Below are positions 8,370 to 16,179 of a DNA stretch of 64,000 nucleotides, one piece after another. Under the pieces are notes generated by a model. It was not told the origin of the DNA and made no database searches. It saw nothing but the letters and a program-made list of their open reading frames with translations. The stretch comes from a virus, in the IMG/VR virus record IMGVR_UViG_3300025711_000007, positions 1 to 64,000 of that record. One strand, written 5' to 3'. The first letter of the stretch is position 1; every line of letters starts with the position of its first letter. The position numbers and the translations under genes were made by a program.

Positions 8370-8990
8370 CTACCTGCGAGACTTGCGCGCTGCGATGACC
8401 TCGCGAGCGCGCTGCGATAGTGTGTCGACCGGGACCATGGTCTGCCGCATGCGCGTCTCCGCAGCGGGCGACGGCTCGGACGAAGCCACAGCCTGCAGGG
8501 CGCAGTCGAGCAGGTCCGGCGCGGCGCGCAGGGCGATGTCCTCGACCCGCTTGACGTAGTCCGGCTGAGAGAGCGCCGTCGCGACGTCGCCCAGCACACC
8601 GCTGTCCAGGATGCACTGGCCGGCGCGCAGCGTGACCTGACCGACGCGCGCGCAGGACGCCGCCGCGACGAGCAGGCCGATGACCGCCACGGTGGCCATC
8701 GCGCCGACCCGCGCGAACCCGGACTCAGAATTCCTCTCAGGAGCGGGAGCGACGCGCGCCACCATCTTGGCGTGGACCATCATGGCGGTGGTCTGCTCGA
8801 TCCTCGCCTTCTCCTTCCCGTTGTCCGCCCACCCCTGGGCCCCGATGTAGACCAGGAGCGGGGCGATGACGGTGAGGATCGTCTCCGTGTTGACCGACCA
8901 CCCGAAGTGGGCGGCGACCGATCCAGCGCAGGCGAGCAGCGCGACGATGAACTTCTTGCTCAGCAGCAGGTCTTTGACGACGTTAGGCAT
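8370..8990 (-). CDS. holin-like membrane protein with internal lipobox segment
   Basis: two N-terminal TM helices (SKKFIVALLA..., LLVYIGAQGWAD), third hydrophobic segment ending AAASC; near endolysin. Confidence 0.6.
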   Translation of the reverse strand: MPNVVKDLLLSKKFIVALLACAGSVAAHFGWSVNTETILTVIAPLLVYIGAQGWADNGKEKARIEQTTAMMVHAKMVARVAPAPERNSESGFARVGAMATVAVIGLLVAAASCARVGQVTLRAGQCILDSGVLGDVATALSQPDYVKRVEDIALRAAPDLLDCALQAVASSEPSPAAETRMRQTMVPVDTLSQRAREVIAARKSRR

Positions 8991-9045
8991 GCCGACGACG
9001 ATGCGCTGATTGTGATCGGTCCGTCAAGTAGGTAACTTGTACCTG

Positions 9046-9357
9046 ATGAGTGACGGAACACATAACAAGCGGGAAGTGGTCAGAGGTTACTTCGGCTACG
9101 CGTACAGGAGCAACAACGGCAACGTAGTGATAGACCGACATCGATCTGATCAAGAACACCTGCTGTCACCTCAGACGAACGACACACAACCGCTTTACAA
9201 CTGCAGAACGTACTTGAACGACGTGCTGCCTAATGACTGGATGGACAAGTTCGGATTGTTCATCGTCAGCCACGTGATCAACTCGGAAGGTGATGTGACC
9301 GCCGTCCAGATCATGTTCACGCCGCACGAACCGTCCGTGGTAGTGCAGTCACCGTAG
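9046..9357 (+). CDS. lower-GC hypothetical protein inserted between lysis genes
   Basis: MSDGTHNKREV...; TAACTT-7-ATG; visibly A/T richer. Confidence 0.7.
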   Translation: MSDGTHNKREVVRGYFGYAYRSNNGNVVIDRHRSDQEHLLSPQTNDTQPLYNCRTYLNDVLPNDWMDKFGLFIVSHVINSEGDVTAVQIMFTPHEPSVVVQSP

Positions 9358-10011
9358 CAGGTACGGGACGGGGTCCACCGGAGCGTAGCGGTCGACCGGG
9401 GAGACCTCGAAGTGCAGGTGCCGGCCGTCGTTGTCGGCCGGGTTGTCGCCGACCAGGCCGAGGGGCGCGCCCGCGTCCACGCGGTCTCCCGTGCTCACGC
9501 GGAGATCGAGCAGGTGGAAGTACCCGCTCCTCCACCCGTTGCCATGGTCGACCCAGACGCGGTGCCCAGTCGGGCTGTCGCTGGCGAGCTGGACCCGCCC
9601 CGGCGCGGCGGCGATCGCGAGCACGCCGAACGGGACCACCCACTTCGGGAGACCCGCCGACGTCTTCCCGGCGGCGCCGTGGTCGCCCACGAAGTCGGGC
9701 AGGTCCCCCGGAGCCCACGGGTAGAACCAGTCGCACCCGTCGTGGTTCTGCCGGTCCGGGGGCCGGAACGAGCTCGTGATGACCGGCATGCGCCCGTCCG
9801 CCAGCACAGGTAGCGGGGGCCGCATGAACGGCGTCGGGTGCATGGCCTCCGCGATGGTCGCGACGGTCCGGGGGCCCGCCATCCCGTCCGGCTCGAGGGG
9901 CGGGGTCGTCGCGTGGTGGGTCTGCCAGAACCGCACGAGCTCGGTGACGTGGCCGATCGTGAGCTTCCCGCTGGTCAACTGAGCCGCGTTGTAGTCGTCT
10001 TCTCTCGTCAT
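9349..10011 (-). CDS. endolysin: peptidoglycan-binding motif plus M23 peptidase
   Basis: LEPDGMAGPRT; HDGCD (HxxxD) and HLHFEV (HxH); GGAG RBS. Confidence 0.88.
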   Translation of the reverse strand: MTREDDYNAAQLTSGKLTIGHVTELVRFWQTHHATTPPLEPDGMAGPRTVATIAEAMHPTPFMRPPLPVLADGRMPVITSSFRPPDRQNHDGCDWFYPWAPGDLPDFVGDHGAAGKTSAGLPKWVVPFGVLAIAAAPGRVQLASDSPTGHRVWVDHGNGWRSGYFHLLDLRVSTGDRVDAGAPLGLVGDNPADNDGRHLHFEVSPVDRYAPVDPVPYLLR

Positions 10012-10568
10012 CTCATCTCCTGGGGTATTTTCTATGGTTGGGGGTATACTCTATGAGAGCCGGACTGCTCGTCGGCTTGCCTGCTGTCAAGCTACACGAT
10101 CTCGTCGATTTCTAGAGCGCTGTTCTCCGTCGGTGAGCGTATGGTGTACCGTGTACACTATCGGATCCGATCGTTGACGAACCGCCTACGATCCGTGTAC
10201 GAAGCGTAAGCGGGCCGGATCGAACCGCACCTGGTTGGTCGGTCGCGGCGGTGGCGTCGTCGAGGTCTCGGGTCTGTCGGGGCGGCCCGGTCCCGGCGGG
10301 CTCCCCTGGGGTCGACTCCGTTAACCCTGGTGGTCATGGTGTGGAGAGCTCCGCCCGGAGGTCGGCGACCGCTCGGTCCTCGGTCGGTCAGCGCCGTCGG
10401 GGCGACCTTCGCCTGCCCCGCCTGCGGGTGCCTCGCCCGCGAGGGTCGGGGCCACGTCCGGTTCGCCGTCGCCCGCCTGCCCGTCGGTTCCGGGTCGGTC
10501 GACGTGTTCTGGCGCCCGGCGTGCCCCTGGTCGGCGTGGTAGAGCTCGCGCAGGAGGCTGCGAAGGAC

Positions 10569-10880
10569 ATGAGCGATGCGAAGACGAGCGAGACGGCGGT
10601 GCTGGGCGCGGCGGACCCCGAGAAGGTCTTGACCGAGGCGGACGACCTGACCGAGGAGGAGGTCGCGGAGGAGCCGTTGCTGCAGCTGTTCCGGTACCGG
10701 CACCTGCCGCCCGGGTCGCTGCGGGAGACCTCGCGGATGTTCTGCCAGCTGGCGCGGCGGGTCGCGCGGCTGCCGCGGAACCCCGAGCGCGCGGCCAGCC
10801 TGCGCAAGCTGCGCGAGGCCAAGGACTGCGCGGTGACGTCCCTGCTGTGGGCGGCTCCGCCGGCGCGCGGCGGGGCTTGA
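10569..10880 (+). CDS. helical-hairpin phage protein, possible Acb2/Tad1-hairpin-like nucleotide sponge
   Basis: EPLLQLFRYRHLP...LPRNPERAASLRKLREAKDCAV. Confidence 0.6.
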   Translation: MSDAKTSETAVLGAADPEKVLTEADDLTEEEVAEEPLLQLFRYRHLPPGSLRETSRMFCQLARRVARLPRNPERAASLRKLREAKDCAVTSLLWAAPPARGGA

Positions 10881-10914
10881 CACCTGCCAGCAGGGCGTGG
10901 TGGACTGCTGGCAG

Positions 10915-12945
10915 ATGAGAGACGACGAGGACACGGTCAGGGACGAGGACGCGCTGGCGCTCTGCGGGGACGACGCGGCGGCCTGGGCCAGGGAGTTTGC
11001 GAGGGTCGCCGGCCGGCTGCCGGCGGGCGCGGTCGACGAGGACTTCGTCCGCGGCTGGTTCGCGAACGCGATCGAGCGCGCCTGCGACGCCCGGGCGCTC
11101 CGAGACGCCGCTCGGCAGGAGGCGGTCTCGGAGCGCGACCCCGGGCGGTGGGTCAAGTTCCCCGCCGGGTGGCTGGAGCAGCCGGGTAACAGCAGGCGGG
11201 TCGACCTCCTCGTGCTGGAGGCGCGCGGCGAGGTCCCGCTGCGGCGGTCAGCGGCGACTGCGTTCCCAGACCTCGCCGCCGCGGCGGAGGTCGCCGACCA
11301 GGCGGTCGCCGAGGCGCTCTGGCCTGGGGCGGGCTCGCCGGCGGGCGGCAGGTTCACCCGGCGCGGCGACGGCGCGGTCGTCGCCGCGGTCCAGTGGACG
11401 GACGACAACTGGCGCGAGGTCAAGTCCTGGATGGAGGCGCGCGGCCTCCGAGGAGCGCTCCAGCGGAGCGGCGACGACGGCCGCGAGGTGCGGTTCACCA
11501 GCAGGGACGGCAAGCTCAGCCTGGGGTGCATGCCCGGCGGCTGGTTCGTCGAGGGGTCCACGGTCGCCGCGCTGTCGCGCGAGCGGTTCGAGCAGCTGTA
11601 CGAGCCGGCGCGGGGCGCGGCGGAGGCCGAGGCGACGAGCGTCGCGGACCTCCGCCGCGCCATCGGCGGCGTCCCGCCCGGCGGCGCGAGCGGCGGCGCT
11701 CCGGGGTGGCTGGTTCGGCTGCACCGGGCCGCCTGCGCGGTGGCCGGGGTCGAGGTCCGCGACTCGGTCGAGCCGACCGCGGCTCCAGCTGGGCAGCTGT
11801 TCGTCGAGAAGAAGCCGAGGCCAACCGTCAGCGCGGTGCGCTGGACGGGTGACAACAAGGACGAGGTCAAGTCGTGGCTGAGCGCTCGGGCAACCGAGGT
11901 TCGGATTGACCGGGACCGCAAGGGGTGCGGTCTGGTGATCTTCGCCGACGAGGACGGCTCCGTCATCCGGCACTCCGCGCCGGGGTGGCTCGTCGAGGAC
12001 AAGCTCGGCCTCGTCCACTCGATGACCGACAAGAAGTTCAACCTCCTGTACGAGCCCGCGCCGGCGCCCGTCGACGTCGACGCGCCGCTGTCGGGGTTGA
12101 GAGCTAGCCTGCGCGACGATCTCCGCCGCGCCTCGGAGCTCGCCCAGTGGCGAGCGTGGGCGCGCGTCGTGCTCACCCGCACCCCAGCGTCGCCTCAGCC
12201 GGGCGTCTCGCTGGACGGCGTCTCGGACCGCGACCTGCGGTGGAAGATCGCGCAGGCCATCACGGCGTCGTGGGCGCCGAGCGCGCCGCCGAAGATGACG
12301 AGCGAGCAGTTCGACCAGGCGTACGAGAGCGCCGAGCGCGCCGCGGGGCCTGCGGTGACCGGCGCGTGGTGCGTGCACCGCTGCGCCGAGGCTCCGGCCG
12401 ACCGCGCGTGCGGGATCGTCGAGGTTGTTGGAGATGAGCTCTGGATCGTCTCGGACACCAACCGCGACGAGTGCCAGCACGGCATGCGCCTCTCCGACGC
12501 GGAGCACATCGCCGCGCTCCACAACGCGAGCCTCACCCCGCGGCAGGCGAGGGTGCTCGACGCCAGCGACTTCGTGGTCGAGGCGTGCGCCAGGGTCGCT
12601 ACCGACGTCTACGCCGCGGGGATCGGCGACGTCCGGACGCCGTCGTGGGACGCGGCGACCCACCCGGTCAGGGAGACCGCGCGCGCGTCGGTGCGGGCCG
12701 TGTTCGACGGGACCACCCCGGAGCAGTGGCACGCGAGGTGGAAGGCGGAGAAGGAGGCCGACGGGTGGACCTACGGTCCGGAGAGGGACGACGAGGGGAA
12801 ACAGCACCCGAACCTCCGGCCGTACGGTGAGCTGCCGGAGGCGCAGCGCGCGCTCGACCACCTGTTCGCCGTCGCCGTCCGCGCGACCCGCCGAGTCGTC
12901 GAGGAGGCCACCTACCCTCTGCTCGTCGTCCGAGGTCGGTCGTGA
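10915..12945 (+). CDS. multidomain protein: two AVxWTxDN...FxxxYEP domains plus C-terminal RyR domain
   Basis: HARWKAEKEADGWTYGPERDDEGKQHPNLRPYGELPEAQRALD is the RyR (PF02026-type) signature. Confidence 0.8.
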   Translation: MRDDEDTVRDEDALALCGDDAAAWAREFARVAGRLPAGAVDEDFVRGWFANAIERACDARALRDAARQEAVSERDPGRWVKFPAGWLEQPGNSRRVDLLVLEARGEVPLRRSAATAFPDLAAAAEVADQAVAEALWPGAGSPAGGRFTRRGDGAVVAAVQWTDDNWREVKSWMEARGLRGALQRSGDDGREVRFTSRDGKLSLGCMPGGWFVEGSTVAALSRERFEQLYEPARGAAEAEATSVADLRRAIGGVPPGGASGGAPGWLVRLHRAACAVAGVEVRDSVEPTAAPAGQLFVEKKPRPTVSAVRWTGDNKDEVKSWLSARATEVRIDRDRKGCGLVIFADEDGSVIRHSAPGWLVEDKLGLVHSMTDKKFNLLYEPAPAPVDVDAPLSGLRASLRDDLRRASELAQWRAWARVVLTRTPASPQPGVSLDGVSDRDLRWKIAQAITASWAPSAPPKMTSEQFDQAYESAERAAGPAVTGAWCVHRCAEAPADRACGIVEVVGDELWIVSDTNRDECQHGMRLSDAEHIAALHNASLTPRQARVLDASDFVVEACARVATDVYAAGIGDVRTPSWDAATHPVRETARASVRAVFDGTTPEQWHARWKAEKEADGWTYGPERDDEGKQHPNLRPYGELPEAQRALDHLFAVAVRATRRVVEEATYPLLVVRGRS

Positions 12946-14015
12946 CCGCGATCCCGGAGCTCGACGCCGCCCTGCTGCGCGGCGACCAGTTGTGGTACGT
13001 CGCGCACCCGGTGCACCCTACAGAGGAGAAGCTGTTCGAGGCGCGCCAGATTGGGTACGAGATCGGCTACGAGCAGACGGAAGAAGAGTACCGCCGGATG
13101 ATCGTACGCGACAACGTCGCCGGCGGGAAGGCGTGGCTCCGGTGGCTCTCCGACAGGTACCCGGCGCTGACGTTCGTCGCCCCGTGGATCGCGTCGCTGG
13201 ACGGCGGGGGCGGGGACGACCTCGACCCGGAGCGCCGCGCGCGAGGGCTGCGCGACTGCCGGGTCACAATCCGCGCGTGCGCCGGGATGGTGCTCGTCGG
13301 TGGTCGGGTGTCGGCTGGGATGCGCGACGAGATGAGCTGCGCCGCGAGCGTCGTGGACCTGACGCATCTCGGGGAGAACCCTCCGGATACCGACTCGCAG
13401 GCCGCTCTGCGGCGCTCGCCGGACAGCCCGCGCGGGAGGTTGGTGGTCGTGACCGACGACTCGGTCGAGGTCGACGGCCACCTCCTGAAGCGGGTCACCC
13501 GCGCGCGGGTGAACGTCGCCGCCGGGAAGGTGACGACGGTGGACGTCACGCTGGCGGTCCCGCGCGGCGCGGTCGTCTTCAGCGGGATGGCCGAGGTCTC
13601 CTGCGGCGCCGAGCCGCCCGCCGCGCCGGTCCCGGACCAGCCTCCGCCCGTGGATCGTCCAGATCTCGTCCCTGTGTGGGACATGGTGGTCACCGACATG
13701 GTGGTGATGCGGGACGGGGACCCGCCGAGGTACGCGACCATGCGCGCCGACCGGGCGCGCATCAACCTGGTGATCGCCGACATGCTCGTGCGGGACCGCG
13801 TCGGTCGCGAGCGCTACGGGACCCCGCTGACGGCTTACAACGGGCGTGACCACATCGTCGACCTGTACCAGGAGCTGCTCGACGCCGCCGCGTACTGCAG
13901 GGCCGCGATCGTCGAGTCTGATCGACCTCCATTGACTAAGGTCTATCAGGACACACTCGAGCATCTCGTGGTCTTGAGAGGCTTGATCGGAGCGGTGGGA
14001 GACGTCGAGAGATGA
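12942..14015 (+). CDS. fusion: nucleoside 2-deoxyribosyltransferase-like domain plus all-alpha NTP pyrophosphatase (MazG-like) domain
   Basis: WYVAHP...VSAGMRDE; RDRVGRERYGTPLTAYNGRDHIVDLYQELLDAAAY. Confidence 0.65.
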   Translation: MTAIPELDAALLRGDQLWYVAHPVHPTEEKLFEARQIGYEIGYEQTEEEYRRMIVRDNVAGGKAWLRWLSDRYPALTFVAPWIASLDGGGGDDLDPERRARGLRDCRVTIRACAGMVLVGGRVSAGMRDEMSCAASVVDLTHLGENPPDTDSQAALRRSPDSPRGRLVVVTDDSVEVDGHLLKRVTRARVNVAAGKVTTVDVTLAVPRGAVVFSGMAEVSCGAEPPAAPVPDQPPPVDRPDLVPVWDMVVTDMVVMRDGDPPRYATMRADRARINLVIADMLVRDRVGRERYGTPLTAYNGRDHIVDLYQELLDAAAYCRAAIVESDRPPLTKVYQDTLEHLVVLRGLIGAVGDVER

Positions 14016-14767
14016 GCGTCCTCGTCGACAGGGGGATCCTGGACGCGATGGTCAGCGGCGCGATCGTCATCAGGCCGTTCGACCGCGCGTGCCTCGGGAC
14101 CAACAGCTACGACGTGCACCTCGCGCCGACGCTGCGCGTGTACAAGAGCGGGGTAGAGCGCGTCGACGTCGTCGGTGGCGGTTCTGAGATGATCGACCTC
14201 CTCGGTCCGCTCGACGTGCGCGCGCCGCGGGAGACGGTCGACGTCACGATCCCGGAAGAGGGGTTCGTCCTCGAGCCGGGAGAGCTCTACCTCGCGTCGA
14301 CGGTCGAGCACACCGAGTCCCGTGAGCACGTCCCTGTGCTCAACGGACGGTCCAGCATCGGGCGCCTCGGGCTCAGCATCCACGTGACCGCGGGCACCGG
14401 GGACGTCGGGTTCCGAGGGTGCTGGACGATGGAGCTGTTCGTCATCCGCCGGCTGCGCGTGTACGCAGGGATCCCCATCGGGCAGCTCCTGTGGTTCACG
14501 ACGGACAGCGCGCCGCTCGTCCCGTACGGAGACAAGGCGTCGGCGAAGTACGCCGACGCCGGGCCGCTCCCGATGGCGAGCATGCTGCACGCGGAGCTGA
14601 AGCCGGCGTGCAAGCACGTCCGGATCAAGACGGGCGGCCTTGTAACGACGATCAACCGGGCATGGTTGGTGGAGACCTGCCTAGATTGCGGAGCGACCCG
14701 GACCACGAACAGCCGGGGCTCCGACCCGAGCGCCTGGGCGACCGCCGGCGATGGAGAAGACGACTGA
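14012..14767 (+). CDS. dcd: dCTP deaminase with C-terminal Zn-ribbon extension
   Basis: SYDVHL, GRSSIGRLGL, AGTGDVGFRGCWTMEL, GQL. Confidence 0.92.
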   Translation: MSVLVDRGILDAMVSGAIVIRPFDRACLGTNSYDVHLAPTLRVYKSGVERVDVVGGGSEMIDLLGPLDVRAPRETVDVTIPEEGFVLEPGELYLASTVEHTESREHVPVLNGRSSIGRLGLSIHVTAGTGDVGFRGCWTMELFVIRRLRVYAGIPIGQLLWFTTDSAPLVPYGDKASAKYADAGPLPMASMLHAELKPACKHVRIKTGGLVTTINRAWLVETCLDCGATRTTNSRGSDPSAWATAGDGEDD

Positions 14768-15006
14768 TGGGTAAGCTCGACGGGTTCAGGCAGGTCACGC
14801 TGTACGTCAACCCCGAGCTGTACGAGCGCGTGCGGTGCTCGTCGTACAGCCTCGGCGAGGACATCTACGAGTTCGTGGACGAGGCCCTCGCGTCCGCCAT
14901 CGAGCGGCGGATCCCGAAGGCGGAGCAGCCCGCCATCAATTTGATGAGCCGCCAGAACATCAAGAACGGGAAGACTCGGCGACCTCGACGAGGACCACCT
15001 CGGTAG
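14767..15006 (+). CDS. ribbon-helix-helix-like protein
   Basis: RQVTLYVNPELYERVR...IYEFVDEAL; TGATG coupling. Confidence 0.7.
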   Translation: MGKLDGFRQVTLYVNPELYERVRCSSYSLGEDIYEFVDEALASAIERRIPKAEQPAINLMSRQNIKNGKTRRPRRGPPR

Positions 15007-15036
15007 CGTCTTCCGGCACGATGTGCAGCAGATGAC

Positions 15037-15270
15037 TCGACCGATGTCGTCGACGATGGATCTCTTGCGTGGCGCGGCGATGAGGTGCATACTTTCGAGC
15101 GGAAGGTGTGCCTCGCCGGTGGTTCCAGCACCGGATATCAAAAACGTAAAGCCCTACAGCGTTCCGATCGCGGAACACCTCCCATGTACAACGACGCCCT
15201 CGCCCTCCGGTCCGCAAGATCTCTTTGAGGGCGAGGGCGTCCATCGGCATTTTGAAGCGCCCTAGGCGCG
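15037..15270 (+). ncRNA. candidate structured non-coding RNA
   Basis: 15-bp perfect stem 15193-15207/15227-15241, hairpins 15075-15118 (with G-U pairs), 15116-15134, 15161-15176, closing helix 15054-58/15242-46, possible pseudoknot 15063-69/15213-19. Confidence 0.55.
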
Positions 15271-15298
15271 GGTGCTCTCATGCGTCGCAGGAGAACAC

Positions 15299-15439
15299 GT
15301 GGCGATAAAGGTAGCTGGAGCGAAAAAGAAGAAGAAGCGCGGCCTGATCCAGAGAGCGGGGAAGGCCGTGAAGAAGCTCGTCAAGCGGGCTCGCGGCAAG
15401 GCCGCGAAGAAGAAGGCCGGGACCAGCACGAGCGGCTGA
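15299..15439 (+). CDS. 46-aa Lys/Arg-rich basic peptide (not in ORF track)
   Basis: AGGAG RBS, GTG; MAIKVAGAKKKKKRGLIQRAGKAVKKLVKRARGKAAKKKAGTSTSG. Confidence 0.75.
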   Translation: MAIKVAGAKKKKKRGLIQRAGKAVKKLVKRARGKAAKKKAGTSTSG

Positions 15440-16179
15440 CTCCGCTGGCGGAGAGCTTGAATCTGCTCCGGGAGGTCCGGGCGAGCTCGCCCGGCGTGAT
15501 CATCGGGCTGAGCGGAGGCAAGGACTCGCTGGCGACGCTCGACCTGTGCGTGCGCGAGTTCGGCGCGGCCCGCGTGAGGGCGTTCCACATGTACCTCGTG
15601 AAGGGTCTCCGCTGCGTCGAGCGGACCCTGCGGTGGTGCGAGAGCCGGTACGGGGTCGCGGTCGAGGCGGTGCCGCACTGGACGCTCGCGAACGCGTACA
15701 AGTACGCCTCCTACATGCCGCACCGATCTCGGACCGACGGGTGGAGGGACACGCGCATGAGGGACATCGAGCAGGCGGTGCGCGCCAGGCTCGGCCCGTG
15801 GTGGATCGCGTACGGCCACCGCATGTGCGACAGCATCGAGCGGGTCGGCATGCTCTCCAGGAACGGAGGGCTGGACGCCGCCGGCCGCCGCGTCTACCCG
15901 CTGCGGGTGTGGAACGAGGCATCCGTGATGGCGTACCTGCGCGCGCGGAAGATCCCGCCGCCGCCCCGGCTGACGATCCTCAAGAGGTCGATGACGGGCG
16001 TCTCGTTCCAGGAGGACGTGCTGATCGCGATCCGCGACAGCTACCCGGACGACTTCGAGAAGATCGTCGAGAAGTTCCCGTACCTGCCGGCGAAGCTGGT
16101 CAGGTACGAGCTGAAGAGGAAGACATGGAAGCAGAGCACGTACGTCGACAAGTGGCGGACGTCTCTCAAGGACAGATGA
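15436..16179 (+). CDS. PAPS-reductase-family (PP-loop, DndC/IbrA-like) protein
   Basis: IIGLSGGKDSLATLDL PP-loop; GHRMCDSIER; YPLRVW; start uncertain (CTG 15436 or TTG 15457). Confidence 0.85.
   Translation: MTPLAESLNLLREVRASSPGVIIGLSGGKDSLATLDLCVREFGAARVRAFHMYLVKGLRCVERTLRWCESRYGVAVEAVPHWTLANAYKYASYMPHRSRTDGWRDTRMRDIEQAVRARLGPWWIAYGHRMCDSIERVGMLSRNGGLDAAGRRVYPLRVWNEASVMAYLRARKIPPPPRLTILKRSMTGVSFQEDVLIAIRDSYPDDFEKIVEKFPYLPAKLVRYELKRKTWKQSTYVDKWRTSLKDR

Noticed and set aside
10336-10542. Small CPAC-containing ORF
   Set aside because: Possible gene, but no clear RBS or promoter and weak codon signal
15116-15134. tRNA T-arm-like hairpin with GTTC loop
   Set aside because: No cloverleaf, anticodon arm or CCA context
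14960-15265. ORFs 15023-15265 (+) and 14960-15250 (-) across the structured gap
   Set aside because: No RBS, atypical codon use and no motif; dense base-pairing explains the region better, though coding is not formally excluded
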